Of a stretch of 58,506 nt of DNA, positions 10,178 through 20,635 are shown in pieces. The notes under the pieces were generated by a model that worked only from the letters and a program-made list of their open reading frames with translations, was not told the origin of the DNA and ran no database searches. This DNA comes from Gemmatimonadaceae bacterium (GTDB taxonomy: Bacteria > Gemmatimonadota > Gemmatimonadetes > Gemmatimonadales > Gemmatimonadaceae): NCBI GenBank assembly GCA_044224875.1, contig JBGAJQ010000031.1, forward strand, positions 1 to 58,506. The letters are read 5' to 3'. Within the stretch, counting starts at the first letter, position 1; every line of letters begins with the position of its first letter. Position numbers and translations under genes: made by a program.

Positions 10178-10340
10178 TCGCACGACGCTACGATGCGGAG
10201 CGCCGGACCGCGAGGGGCAGGATTTTTCCTTCTGGCGCCGCCGCCGTGAAATCGCCACACTCACACTGCGGCGACTGTCGTCGCACAGACCCCGCGCGCA
10301 AGTCACGCGTCTGGGTGTGGCCTCCATGAGGAGTGGACCT

Positions 10341-11966
10341 ATGTCGCGTTCGTTTGCATGCCTCGCCGGGTTGCTTTGCGCCTCACTGCTGCTGGCGCAG
10401 TCGCGAGAGTCGATCGCCGTGCCTAACAATGGCCCGACGCCGCTGGCGATGGGCACGATCAAGGGCGAGCGCTACAACCGGCTGGTGATCCGGAACGCCA
10501 CGATCATCAGTGGGCGAGGAACGCCAGGCACCAATCGCGGCATGCCACCCGAAGGCCCCGTCGATATCGTCATCGAGAACGGCAAGATCACGGACATCGT
10601 CTTGATGGACGCGGTCAACACCGCCGGAAACGCGAAGAACTACCAGCGGGTCACCGGTGACAAGGTCATCGACGCCAAGGGCATGTACGTCATGCCGGGT
10701 TTGGTGGAGATGCACGCGCACTTGCCACCTGCCGGCGGCGAGTACGGTGCCCGAGGCCTGGACTACGCGTACCGATTGTACCTGGGGCATGGAGTGACCG
10801 TCGTCCGCGATGCAGGAACCGGGGCTGGCCTCAAGCTCATGACGGAGCAGCGGAAATCGAGCGACGCCAACACGCTCGTGGCGCCGCAGTTGGTGCTCTG
10901 TCAACGATGGCCGCTCCCCCTCCGACGCTGGGACATCGGCAACACGCCCGACAAGGCCCGCGAAATGGTGCAGCAGTTCAAACAACTCGGCGCCGATTGC
11001 ATCAAGATCAGCAAGAGTCCCGGTCACTACCCGGACGTCATGGCCGCCGCCGCCGATGAAGGAAAGAAGTTGGGCATGTTCACGATGGTGGACCTGAAAG
11101 TCTCCGAGAGCGATGCCGCCGTCGCCTCCAACGCCGGCGTAAAGAGCATCGAACACTGGTACGGCATCCCCGACGCCGCGCTCACTGGCTCACAGAACTT
11201 TCCCGCCGACTACAACTACTGGGACGAACTCGATCGCTTCCGCTACGCTGGGCTCCTGTGGAGCGAGGCGGACAAGAATCCGGATCGGCTCAGCGCCGTC
11301 CTCGATCTCATGATCAAGAATGGGACGAATTGGGATCCGACCATGGCGGTCTACGAGGACAATCGCGATGTCTGGCGTGACGTCACGCTACCCGTGCGCG
11401 AAACGCTCATGCACCCCAGTGAAATCATGGCCGGACCCGATAGCACCGTGCACGGCGCCTTCAAGCGCGAATGGAAGACCTCCGACGAGATCAACTGGCG
11501 TCGCAATTTCCAGATCTGGCAGAAGTGGGTGAAGGTGTTCCATGATCGCGGTGGCGTGCTCACCGCGGGTAGTGACGAACCGGGTATTGGCGGCATCAAG
11601 TTGATCCGCGAGTTGGAGCTGATGCAGGAAGCCGGCATCCACCCGATCGACGTCATCAAGATCGCCACCACCAATGCCTACCAGACCCTTGGCATGACGG
11701 ACCACTGTGGCATTCGGGTTGGCTGCGCCGCCGACATCGCCGTCGTGAACGGCAATCCGATCGACAATTTCAAGGTCATGTATGGCCGCGGATACGGGCT
11801 CTACGGCATCGTCCCGCGCGACGAACAGTGGAAGCACGGTGGCGTAACCTGGACCATCAAGGATGGAACGCTCTTCGACTCCCAGGCCCTCCTCCGTGAG
11901 GCCGAGTGGTACGTGGCCCGTGAAAAGGAACGCCTAAAGGGGCAACCGAAGGCCGCCACGCCCTAG
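10341..11966 (+). CDS. Secreted metal-dependent amidohydrolase (TIM barrel)
   Basis: IDAKGMYVMPGLVEMHAH (HxH), GVTVVRDAG, SIEH, AGSD, ADIAVVNGNP; RBS GAGGAG; signal peptide. Confidence 0.88.
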   Translation: MSRSFACLAGLLCASLLLAQSRESIAVPNNGPTPLAMGTIKGERYNRLVIRNATIISGRGTPGTNRGMPPEGPVDIVIENGKITDIVLMDAVNTAGNAKNYQRVTGDKVIDAKGMYVMPGLVEMHAHLPPAGGEYGARGLDYAYRLYLGHGVTVVRDAGTGAGLKLMTEQRKSSDANTLVAPQLVLCQRWPLPLRRWDIGNTPDKAREMVQQFKQLGADCIKISKSPGHYPDVMAAAADEGKKLGMFTMVDLKVSESDAAVASNAGVKSIEHWYGIPDAALTGSQNFPADYNYWDELDRFRYAGLLWSEADKNPDRLSAVLDLMIKNGTNWDPTMAVYEDNRDVWRDVTLPVRETLMHPSEIMAGPDSTVHGAFKREWKTSDEINWRRNFQIWQKWVKVFHDRGGVLTAGSDEPGIGGIKLIRELELMQEAGIHPIDVIKIATTNAYQTLGMTDHCGIRVGCAADIAVVNGNPIDNFKVMYGRGYGLYGIVPRDEQWKHGGVTWTIKDGTLFDSQALLREAEWYVAREKERLKGQPKAATP

Positions 11967-12072
11967 GACCCCGCACGGCACACCCCGCGCGACTCGCGTT
12001 TCGTCACTGACAGGACTGGTCCACGAAACTCCCGGAGTGGGTCCCCCGTTCCAAGGGGAAACCACCCCGGGC

Positions 12073-12102
12073 CGACCGGTGTCGAAAGACCGACAGCCGT
12101 AG
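12073..12102 (+). promoter_or_regulatory. Candidate tandem BlaI/MecI-type operator boxes
   Basis: CGACCGGTGTCG (12073-12084) and CGACAGCCGTAG (12091-12102) resemble the ACA-NN-TGT dyad; directly upstream of the BlaI-family gene. Confidence 0.4.
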
Positions 12103-12129
12103 AGCCGTGGTCAGCGACGGAGCGCCTGC

Positions 12130-12525
12130 ATGCAAACCAACGACACTCAGCTCACCGATCTCCAGCTTGCCATCGCCCGGGTCTTGTGGGAGAAGGGCGA
12201 GTGCACAGTCCTTGAGGTGCAGAACGCCTTGGCACCCGAACGCCGACTGGCCCAGACCACGGTCGCCACCTTGCTCACGCGTTTGGAGCGTCGCGGCATC
12301 GTGGCTCATCGCAGCGAAGGGCGTCAATTCGTGTACCGCGCCATCGTTACCGAGCCGGAGGTCAAAGGCTCCATGGTGGGCCAGCTCACCGACATGCTGT
12401 TTTCCGGCCGGCCGACGGAGTTGATCTCGCACCTGTTGAACACTCGCGATGTTGAAGCTGGTGACCTGTCCGAGGTCAAGCGCCTGATTGCCGAAGCGGA
12501 GGCACGGGCAGTACATGCTCGGTAA
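12130..12525 (+). CDS. blaI: BlaI/MecI/CopY family transcriptional repressor
   Basis: LTDLQLAIARVLWEKGECTV..LAQTTVATLLTRLERRG..GRQFVYRA; overlaps the downstream M56 gene. Confidence 0.92.
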   Translation: MQTNDTQLTDLQLAIARVLWEKGECTVLEVQNALAPERRLAQTTVATLLTRLERRGIVAHRSEGRQFVYRAIVTEPEVKGSMVGQLTDMLFSGRPTELISHLLNTRDVEAGDLSEVKRLIAEAEARAVHAR

Positions 12526-13864
12526 CGAGCTGTTGCTGTTAGTGCCTCAGTCGCTTGCCATGCTCGAGCGGTGCTTGCCGTGGCTGGCCACGTACGCCCT
12601 GCACAGCACGGTACTGATACTCGGTGCTGTTCTCGTCACCAGTCGCCACTTCCCGTGGCGTCCCGGCGTTGGAGTCCGCGACGTGCTGTGGAAGTGCGCG
12701 ATCGTCGGCGGCTTTGTGACTGCCACCGTGCAGCCGCTGGTCGGACGTGCGGCCGTTGGCGGCCGATGGAGTCTTGGCCAGCGAGCCTCGGTGGGTATGC
12801 AGGAGGTGCATGTAATTGTCTCCAGTGACTCGGCATCGCACCCTCGGATCGAGACCACGCGCCAGACGACCATGCTGCCGCTGCCCGGCACGAACGTCGC
12901 GTTGTTTGCGACGGCTTCGCGGGATGCTGTGTGGCGTGCGGCGCTGGCCTTGTTTTGGTTGGCCGTCGTCCTGATCGTCGTCCTTCGGCATGACCTGGCG
13001 TTGGCGCGCCTCGGTCGCCTGCTGAGTTCGCGCCGCCAAGCGTTGCACACGCCCGCCGCGGCGATCCTACGCCACCTTGCCGCTCGAGCGGGGGTCGCGC
13101 GCCCGGTCTACCTGACCGTCAGTGAGGCGTTGTGTTCGCCAGCCGCGATCGATGGCCACGAGATCTGCGTGCCTCCTCGATTTCTCACGGACATCAATCT
13201 GTTCGAACAAGAGAGCATTCTCGCCCATGAGCTGGCGCACTTGGTGCGGCGCGACGTGTTATGGCTGCGGATCGTGAACCTGGTAACGGCCGTGTGTTTC
13301 TTCCAGCCACTGAATCGGCTGGCGCGGGGTCGGTGGCAGGCGAACGCCGAATTTGCAGCCGACGACTGGGCCGTCCGTTTGACAGGCCAACCGTTGCAGC
13401 TGGCGCGAGGCCTCGCGTCGGTGGCGTCCTGGGTCAGTGACGACACTGCGCATGTGGCCCTCCCCGCCATGGCGGCCACCGACCGCTCGGTGCTCGTGCA
13501 GCGGGTCCGTCGACTCACCGGAGAGCAACGGCCGGCGGTGACGAATTCTGGTTGGGTCACCGCCGCCGCCGTGGCGGCCGTGGGCGCCCTGGTGGTCGTC
13601 GCGCCACGCTTCGACATGCCGGCCAATCACACCAGAGATATCGTGCGGCGCATCGCATGGGAAGAGCGCGTCGCCCAAACCGGGAGCTCCGGCATCACGC
13701 GCCAGGTTCGAGTGGTGCAGCTGACGGGGTCGACCGACGAAGGCCCCGGACGTGGCAGCCAGGCACTCCCCGCCGTGATCCATCGCCAATGGCTGACGGA
13801 TACCACGGCGCAGGGCAAGGTGATCCTGGTCCTGCGAAAACCTGCAATTCCTATCCGCAACTGA
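12515..13864 (+). CDS. BlaR1-like M56 membrane metallopeptidase (antirepressor) without a penicillin-binding domain
   Basis: ILAHELAHLVRRD, FFQPL, EFAADDWA; N-terminal TM helices; coupled to blaI. Confidence 0.88.
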   Translation: MLGNELLLLVPQSLAMLERCLPWLATYALHSTVLILGAVLVTSRHFPWRPGVGVRDVLWKCAIVGGFVTATVQPLVGRAAVGGRWSLGQRASVGMQEVHVIVSSDSASHPRIETTRQTTMLPLPGTNVALFATASRDAVWRAALALFWLAVVLIVVLRHDLALARLGRLLSSRRQALHTPAAAILRHLAARAGVARPVYLTVSEALCSPAAIDGHEICVPPRFLTDINLFEQESILAHELAHLVRRDVLWLRIVNLVTAVCFFQPLNRLARGRWQANAEFAADDWAVRLTGQPLQLARGLASVASWVSDDTAHVALPAMAATDRSVLVQRVRRLTGEQRPAVTNSGWVTAAAVAAVGALVVVAPRFDMPANHTRDIVRRIAWEERVAQTGSSGITRQVRVVQLTGSTDEGPGRGSQALPAVIHRQWLTDTTAQGKVILVLRKPAIPIRN

Positions 13865-14042
13865 CGGCGTAGGTCCCCTCGCGCCGACCGACCGGACGGT
13901 GACGATATCGGTCTCGTTTGCTCCGCGTGGCGTCCCTATGACGGGCGCGTCCAGGTGACATCGAGGCCCTGCTCCCTCCTCGCTGATCGAATCCGTGGCG
14001 ACGCGTGTGTCATCGCACCACGCGATCCGGTACATTGGCTTC

Positions 14043-14498
14043 ATGAGCTCGACGCTATTGTTGACCGTGGTTTCGCCGATAGCGGCAATTGCCATGATCC
14101 TTCTGGCCGTGCGTTGGGCTTCGCGTGGTCAGCACGAGGCCCGAATCGCCACCCGGGCGCAAGCCATCGCCGTCCTGGCCAGCGCAGATGATGCATTCAC
14201 GTCAGATGACGTCTTGATCAGCCTGGACGGGCGGACCGCGTTGCTGAGCGACGCTGGGCACCCGGCGCAGCTGGCGGTGGTCTATGTGGTTGGCGTCTGC
14301 CTGGCCGCACGCGTCCTCACACCGGCAGAGATTCATCAGGTATCATGGGAATCGTCGGCGGCGGGGGACGCCGTCCTTTCGCTCAGACTCTGGGACGTCG
14401 GGTGTCCACTGATGCAGGTCGTAGTGCCGCGTCAGGCGCTGGCGACCTGGCGTCCCCGAGTTGACGATCTCCTTCGACCTGCGCGGGTGACCCCATGA
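14043..14498 (+). CDS. Hypothetical protein with an N-terminal TM helix
   Basis: Fills the gap between M56 and M23; hydrophobic N-terminus. Confidence 0.55.
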   Translation: MSSTLLLTVVSPIAAIAMILLAVRWASRGQHEARIATRAQAIAVLASADDAFTSDDVLISLDGRTALLSDAGHPAQLAVVYVVGVCLAARVLTPAEIHQVSWESSAAGDAVLSLRLWDVGCPLMQVVVPRQALATWRPRVDDLLRPARVTP

Positions 14499-14547
14499 TT
14501 TCGCCCTCCGTGAATCGAGCGCCCGTGCCTCCGTTCAACGTAGCAAG

Positions 14548-15516
14548 ATGACGCGACCGTCCCGCCGCCGGCGTTTGAGCTGCACGATCATTCCGCGGTC
14601 GCGCTTCGGAATGCTCCTCCTCGCGTTGCTTGGGGTCCACACACCCCGGTCACTTCGGGGTCAGGCGACCCCGCCGGCGTGTGTGAACGAGCGTCAGGTC
14701 TCGTTCCGGCCGGCGAAGCCCAGACCGGGTGCGTTCGTGGAGGTCCGAGTGACTCGTGGGAGCGAGCCTGTGGTGGGTGGCCGGACGATGGGAGACGCCT
14801 TGCATTTCGAGCGCTTGTCAGGTGACACGCTCCGCGCCTTGGCGCCAGTGCCGATCGACTCGGTTCGAGGCGTATCCGTAGTCTTCGCCTGCGCGGGTGG
14901 AGATTCGGCGACCATACGCGTGCCCGTCGCGGCGGCGACGTATCAGGTTGAACGCCTGACGGTGGATCCGCGATTCGCCGCCGAACCAGACTCCGTCCTT
15001 GCGGCACGACTGCGGCGGGAAAGTGCGCGTGCTGCCGCTGTCGCTGACGAGTCGCACCAAACGCCGCGACTATGGACCGGCAGCTTCGTTGCCCCACGAT
15101 CGTCGCGCGTGACGTCCACCTTCGGCAAGGGCCGCCAGTTCAATGGCGTCATTACCAGCCGACACATGGGAACGGACTTCGCCGGACAGACGGGAGCACC
15201 GGTCCGCGCGGCGAGTCGTGGTGTCGTGCGACTGGTTGACGCCTTTTACCTTGGCGGGAACGTCGTGTACGTGGATCATGGCGCGGGAATCACCACGGCG
15301 TACCTGCATTTGAGCCGAACGCTCGTCGCGGTCGGCGACACGGTCGATTCAACGACGGTGATAGGAAGGGTCGGCGCCACGGGCCGAGTGACCGGTCCAC
15401 ACCTTCACTTGATCGCGCGTTATGGCCGCGCATCACTCGACCCAATGAGCCTCATCGCGATCACCCGCGACGTGCGAACCACGCGCACGAAACCAAAGGC
15501 CAAGAGTTCGCCGTAA
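14548..15516 (+). CDS. M23 family metallopeptidase
   Basis: RHMGTDF (HxxxD), VDHGAG, AYLHLS, TGPHLH; start may be at 14611. Confidence 0.9.
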   Translation: MTRPSRRRRLSCTIIPRSRFGMLLLALLGVHTPRSLRGQATPPACVNERQVSFRPAKPRPGAFVEVRVTRGSEPVVGGRTMGDALHFERLSGDTLRALAPVPIDSVRGVSVVFACAGGDSATIRVPVAAATYQVERLTVDPRFAAEPDSVLAARLRRESARAAAVADESHQTPRLWTGSFVAPRSSRVTSTFGKGRQFNGVITSRHMGTDFAGQTGAPVRAASRGVVRLVDAFYLGGNVVYVDHGAGITTAYLHLSRTLVAVGDTVDSTTVIGRVGATGRVTGPHLHLIARYGRASLDPMSLIAITRDVRTTRTKPKAKSSP

Positions 15517-15529
15517 CGACTCGCCGACC

Positions 15530-16420
15530 ATGGACATCCTCCTCCCCGACCCCGTCGCCTTCGCGATCCCCGCCTTCATGTTGTTGATCCTGGCGGAAGT
15601 GTGGTGGAGCCACCGACGAGATCCGCAGAACTACGAATTGCGCGATACCGCGGCGTCGCTGGCCATGGGGCTCGGTAATTTCGCGCTCGGCATTGCCTAC
15701 GGCGGCATTGTCTACGGCGCGACCAAGTGGGTCTGGCGCTACCGACTCGCCGACCTCCACGCGACTTGGTGGGTCTACGTCCTGCTCGTCCTCACCGAAG
15801 ACTTCATCTACTACTGGTTCCATCGATTGTCGCACGAGCACCGGGTCTGGTGGGCGGCGCATGTCAATCATCACTCGTCGCAACACTTGAACCTGTCGAC
15901 CGCGTTGCGCCAGAGCTGGACCGGGAACCTGGCGTTCGTGTGGGTGTTGTGGCTGCCGCTGGCATGGATCGGGTTCCCGCCTGGGCTGATCGCGTTCCAG
16001 AAAGGCATCAGCCTGATCTACCAGTTCTGGATCCACACCGAAGCGGTCACCCGCCTGCCAGCATGGGTCGAGTTCGTGTTCAACACGCCGTCGCATCACC
16101 GGGTACACCATGCGAGCAATGCGCGGTACCTCGATCGCAACTATGCAGGGATCTTGATCATCTGGGATCGGATGTTTGGGACGTTTGTCGCGGAGTCTGG
16201 CGACGAACCCTGCCGATACGGGATCACGCACAACCTGGCGACATTCAACCCGCTGCGCATTGCGTTCCATGAGTGGATGGCGATGGCGCGCGACGTCGTT
16301 CGCGCGAGGAGTTGGCGAGCTCGCGCCATGTACGTCCTCGGACCTCCGGGCTGGAGCGAGGACGGATCGCGGCACACGTCCGACGAGATTCGATCGGCGT
16401 GGCGTGCTCGGCATCCGTAA
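15530..16420 (+). CDS. Sterol desaturase / fatty-acid hydroxylase family protein (alkylglycerol monooxygenase-like)
   Basis: His boxes YWFHRLSH, AHVNHHSS, WIHTE, PSHHRVHHA; DRNYAGILIIWDRMFGTF. Confidence 0.92.
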   Translation: MDILLPDPVAFAIPAFMLLILAEVWWSHRRDPQNYELRDTAASLAMGLGNFALGIAYGGIVYGATKWVWRYRLADLHATWWVYVLLVLTEDFIYYWFHRLSHEHRVWWAAHVNHHSSQHLNLSTALRQSWTGNLAFVWVLWLPLAWIGFPPGLIAFQKGISLIYQFWIHTEAVTRLPAWVEFVFNTPSHHRVHHASNARYLDRNYAGILIIWDRMFGTFVAESGDEPCRYGITHNLATFNPLRIAFHEWMAMARDVVRARSWRARAMYVLGPPGWSEDGSRHTSDEIRSAWRARHP

Positions 16421-16623
16421 AGTGGCTTTTCGTCAGTGGATTTTCTGCCTGTTCGAAAGCGAACACGACATCCCGATCTGCAACACGCGGCGTGCGCGAT
16501 CCGGTCGCACACGTCGACGAACGGTGTGCGGCACCAGCACTTACAAGGCGAGCCCCAGCGGCATACACGTTGCCTTCGTTCTCGGGAGAACGCTTGAGCT
16601 AACCACGTGACGTTGAGCTACAC

Positions 16624-19020
16624 ATGGCCAATGACCTGAAGACCACCTGGCGGGCGCTTGCCAGACGACCGACGTACATGATGGCGGCGGGCGCCGTATT
16701 GGCCATGCTTGTCGCCACCACGACGGTCGTCTTCATCGCGGTGAACGCGATTCTGTTACGCCCGCTGCCGCTGCCTGAGGCGGATCGGTTGGTTGCGCTT
16801 TGCGAGTTCACGACCAAGGAGCGCGACTCCTTCTGTGTTTCCACGCCGCCTAACGCGACAGACATCCGCGAGGCTTCTCGATCGTTCACCGATGTTGGCG
16901 TCGCGCGCGATTGGCCGCTCATCATGCGCACGGCGACGGGTGGCGAAGCGGTCGTTGGCGGGATTGCGAATCCGGAGTTCTTCCGCACCCTCCGGGTTGT
17001 ACCGGCATTCGGTCGCACGTTTGCCTCTGAGGAAACGGGTGCGTCCGCACGCGTGGCCGTCGTTGCCGCCGACTTCGCACGGCAGCGCTTCGGCAGCAGT
17101 GCCCAAGCCATCAACCAAACGTTGACGCTGGACAACCAGCTCTTCACGATCGTTGGTGTGCTTCCAGCGAATGCTGTCGTGCCAACACTCGAGCGCGTCG
17201 CGGTGTGGGTGCCACTCCCCTTCGACTCGCGCGACGAGGAGAATCGCGCGTGGCGAGGATTCCGGGCGTTTGCCCGGCTGGCGGGCGGCGCAACCGAGGA
17301 GACGGCGCGGCGCGAGCTGACGTCGATTACGACGGCCTTGCACCAACGGCACTTCGAGTCCAATGCAGATTGGCGGATAGAACTCGTGTCCGTCAAAGGT
17401 CTGGTGACAGGGTCGGTGGAGCGCGGGCTCACGATGTTGCTGATGGCGGTGGTCCTCGTGGTGTTGATTGGCTGTGCGAATCTCGCGAACCTGTTGCTTG
17501 CGCGAACCACACAGCGGCGACCCGAGTTGGCGCTGCGGCTGGCTCTCGGGGCTTCCCGAGGCGCATTGGTGCGCTCCGTGATGTCCGAAGGGGCACTCCT
17601 CGTGTCACTCGGAGTCGCGGCGGGTATCCCCTTGGCCGCGTGGCTGACGGACGCACTGCGCACGCTTGCACCTGCCGGCCTGCCCCGCGCATCAGAGGTC
17701 CAGTTTGATCTGACGGCGGTAGTGTTTGCCGTGACGCTCGGCGTTGTCATTGCCTTGCTGGTAGGGGTGCTCCCGGCGTTGCTCACCCGGCACTTCGGCA
17801 CGCGCGAGGCCTTGGTGGACGGAGGTCGTGGAGCCATCGAGACGCGGTCCAGCAATACGGCGCGCTGGCTCGTGGGCGCCCAGTTGGCGATCGCGTGCGT
17901 GCTGCTCACCTCGGGCGTCGTGCTCAGCCGTGCCTTCAGTACGCTCTCGCGTTGGGATCCTGGGTTTCCCCTGGCTCGCGAACTCGCCGTCTGGATGGCC
18001 GCGCCATCGGAACGCTATGCCACTGGACAGGACGTGTTGCGCGCCTTTGATCGGGTACAGGACGACATCCGTGCACTCCCTGGCGTTGAGAAAGTCGGGG
18101 CGGTTTCCGCAAGCCTGCTCTTTGGTGGAACCGAAACGGGGAGCGCGATTGCCACTGGCGCGCCGGCGGAAACGCACGGGATCAATGTCCGTTGGTTTGA
18201 CGCCGGCCCAGGGTACTTCGAGACGATCGGCATGGCCCTCGTGCGTGGTCGCGACTTTGACGTTCGAGACGTACCAGGCGCACAGAGTGTTGCCGTCATC
18301 AATGAACGCCTGGCGAATATGCTATGGCCAAGGGAGAATCCAGTGGGTAAGCGCGTGACGCTCACGGTGGGCTCCGCCAGTACGTTCGAGGTGGTTGGGG
18401 TCGTTCGTGACGTTGCGCCGATGAACCCGACGGCCCTGGTCGAGCCGGAGCTGTACTGGTCCAACCGGCAGCAACCACGCTGGGGAACGTACCTGGTGAT
18501 CCGCACCAAGGGCGATCCCGGCAGTTCCATCGAGGCCATACGCGAGCGCGTGCGAGCTGTCGACTCTGAGCTGCAACTGGGACGCATTTCAACGTTCACA
18601 CAACTCGTCCAGCGCGAACTCGTTGTACCGCGCTTCGCGACGATTCTCGTGGGCGGCTTCACGGTGATGGCGCTTGTCATTGCCGCCGTCGGGCTTTTTG
18701 GGCTACAGGCGTACGCCGTCTCGCAACGACAACGAGAGTTTGGTGTCCGGCTCGCGTTAGGCGCGTCGCCCGGCGCCGTGCGCTGGTTTGTGCTGAGCCA
18801 GGGCCTTCGGACTGGCGGCATGGCGCTGCTCATTGGCGTTCCCCTTGCCCAGCTCGCGGCACGCCCGCTCGGCGGCCTGCTGGCAGGCGTCAGCGCGCAC
18901 GACCCGCTCACGCTGGTTTCCGTGGTCGCGGTGCTGTTCGTCGTGACGTTCCTCGGGTCGTTCATTCCAGCGCGCCGGGCGGCACGTCTGGATCCCATGG
19001 AGGCTCTCAGGAGCGAATAG
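16624..19020 (+). CDS. Duplicated MacB/FtsX-type ABC permease (ADOP-like)
   Basis: LLRPLP, LIGCANLANLLLAR..ELALRLALGASR, second half QRQREFGVRLALGA, C-terminal PARRAARLDPMEALRSE. Confidence 0.92.
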   Translation: MANDLKTTWRALARRPTYMMAAGAVLAMLVATTTVVFIAVNAILLRPLPLPEADRLVALCEFTTKERDSFCVSTPPNATDIREASRSFTDVGVARDWPLIMRTATGGEAVVGGIANPEFFRTLRVVPAFGRTFASEETGASARVAVVAADFARQRFGSSAQAINQTLTLDNQLFTIVGVLPANAVVPTLERVAVWVPLPFDSRDEENRAWRGFRAFARLAGGATEETARRELTSITTALHQRHFESNADWRIELVSVKGLVTGSVERGLTMLLMAVVLVVLIGCANLANLLLARTTQRRPELALRLALGASRGALVRSVMSEGALLVSLGVAAGIPLAAWLTDALRTLAPAGLPRASEVQFDLTAVVFAVTLGVVIALLVGVLPALLTRHFGTREALVDGGRGAIETRSSNTARWLVGAQLAIACVLLTSGVVLSRAFSTLSRWDPGFPLARELAVWMAAPSERYATGQDVLRAFDRVQDDIRALPGVEKVGAVSASLLFGGTETGSAIATGAPAETHGINVRWFDAGPGYFETIGMALVRGRDFDVRDVPGAQSVAVINERLANMLWPRENPVGKRVTLTVGSASTFEVVGVVRDVAPMNPTALVEPELYWSNRQQPRWGTYLVIRTKGDPGSSIEAIRERVRAVDSELQLGRISTFTQLVQRELVVPRFATILVGGFTVMALVIAAVGLFGLQAYAVSQRQREFGVRLALGASPGAVRWFVLSQGLRTGGMALLIGVPLAQLAARPLGGLLAGVSAHDPLTLVSVVAVLFVVTFLGSFIPARRAARLDPMEALRSE

Positions 19021-19101
19021 CCCGCTAGGTGCTTCCCCATCGCGGGGCTGGCGATAGGATTTCACGGCAACCCGTCGCACTCTTGTCGGAGCCGCCAGCC
19101 C

Positions 19102-20550
19102 ATGCGTACCACACGTTTCGCCCCCGTTGTGCTCGCCCTCATCACCGCCACCTCTCAAGCGGCGGCGCAGCGAACCCCGGTCTACACTCCAGGCAAGCTC
19201 GATGCCCACCAGCAGGTGGCGCGCGAGATCTACAAAGAGCTCATAGAGATCAACACCGGCGTCAGTACCGGCAATATCACCGCCGCCGCACAGGCGATGG
19301 CCAAGCGCTTTCGCGAGGCCGGCATTCCCGACTCTGACATCTTCGTTGGCGGCCCGCGGCCCGAGAAGTTCAACGTCGTGGCGCGGATCCACGGAAAGCG
19401 ACCGCCTAACGTCCGGAAGCCGCTCCTGCTTCTGGCCCACATCGACGTGGTGGAGGCACTCAAGGCAGACTGGTCCAACGACCTCGATCCTTTCGTCTTC
19501 ACCGAGCGCGACGGGTACTACTACGGACGCGGAACCGCCGATGACAAGGCCATGGCCTCGATCTTCGTGGCCAACGTGTTTCGCATGAAGAAGGAAGGGT
19601 ATGTGCCCGACCGCGACATCATCATCGCCCTCACGGCGGATGAGGAGAGCGGACCGGCAAACGGTGTGGACTGGCTGGTCAAGAACCATCGCGACCTTGT
19701 CGACGCCGCCCTGGTGATCAACGAAGGCGGTGGAGGCACCCTTCGCGATGGCAAACCTCTGTTCAACTCGGTTCAGACGTCGGAGAAGGTCACCACGAAT
19801 CTCACCCTGCGCGCGACCAACAAGGGTGGCCATTCCTCGGTCCCGCGAGCCGACAACGCGATCACCGCCCTTGCCGACGCACTTTCCAAGGTGGGGAGGT
19901 ATGCCTTCCCGGTGAAGCTGAACGAAACGACGCGCGCCTTTTTCTCACAGACGGCGGATCTGGAAGAACCCGCCATGGGCCGCGCGATGAAAGCGCTCGT
20001 GGCCAATACGTCGGACCAGCAGGCGATTGCCGTCGTGACCGCCGATCCACGCTACAACTCCATGCTGCGCACCACGTGCGTCGCCACCATGCTCAAGGGG
20101 GGGCACGCGACAAACGCACTGCCGCAGCTGGCGGAGGCCAACGTGAATTGCCGCGTCTATCCGACAGAGTCGGCGGCGGAGGTTCGCGATTCGTTGGCGA
20201 GGGTAATCAACGACACGGCGGTGCAGGTAATCGTCGCCAGTCAACGACCACCGTCGCCGCCCACCGGTCTGCTCCCTGAGCTGATGGAGCCAGTCACGAC
20301 AATCACCCGTGACCTCTTTGGCGACATCCCGGTGATTCCGGCGATGTCCACGGGCGCCACTGACTCGCGCTTCTTTCGCGCTCTGGGGGTCCCAGCCTTC
20401 GGCGTGTCGGGGCTGTTCTCTGATCCGACCGTCGATGCTCGCGCCCACGGTCGCGACGAGCGGATGCGGATCCAGTCGTACTTCGAAGGGCAGGAGTTTC
20501 TGTACCGCCTGACAAAAGCTCTCTCCTCGGCTCCGAACACGGTTCCTTGA
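19102..20550 (+). CDS. Secreted M20/M25/M40 metallopeptidase
   Basis: LLAHIDVV, YGRGTADDK, TADEE, NEGGG, GGHSS, GATDSRF, AHGRDER; signal peptide. Confidence 0.92.
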   Translation: MRTTRFAPVVLALITATSQAAAQRTPVYTPGKLDAHQQVAREIYKELIEINTGVSTGNITAAAQAMAKRFREAGIPDSDIFVGGPRPEKFNVVARIHGKRPPNVRKPLLLLAHIDVVEALKADWSNDLDPFVFTERDGYYYGRGTADDKAMASIFVANVFRMKKEGYVPDRDIIIALTADEESGPANGVDWLVKNHRDLVDAALVINEGGGGTLRDGKPLFNSVQTSEKVTTNLTLRATNKGGHSSVPRADNAITALADALSKVGRYAFPVKLNETTRAFFSQTADLEEPAMGRAMKALVANTSDQQAIAVVTADPRYNSMLRTTCVATMLKGGHATNALPQLAEANVNCRVYPTESAAEVRDSLARVINDTAVQVIVASQRPPSPPTGLLPELMEPVTTITRDLFGDIPVIPAMSTGATDSRFFRALGVPAFGVSGLFSDPTVDARAHGRDERMRIQSYFEGQEFLYRLTKALSSAPNTVP

Positions 20551-20635
20551 ACCATAGCGGCAGTATAGCGACACTTTAGCGCACGCATTGGGGGGTCGAG
20601 ACTCGATACCGGACCTTATCGCCCGGCGCCGAGAC

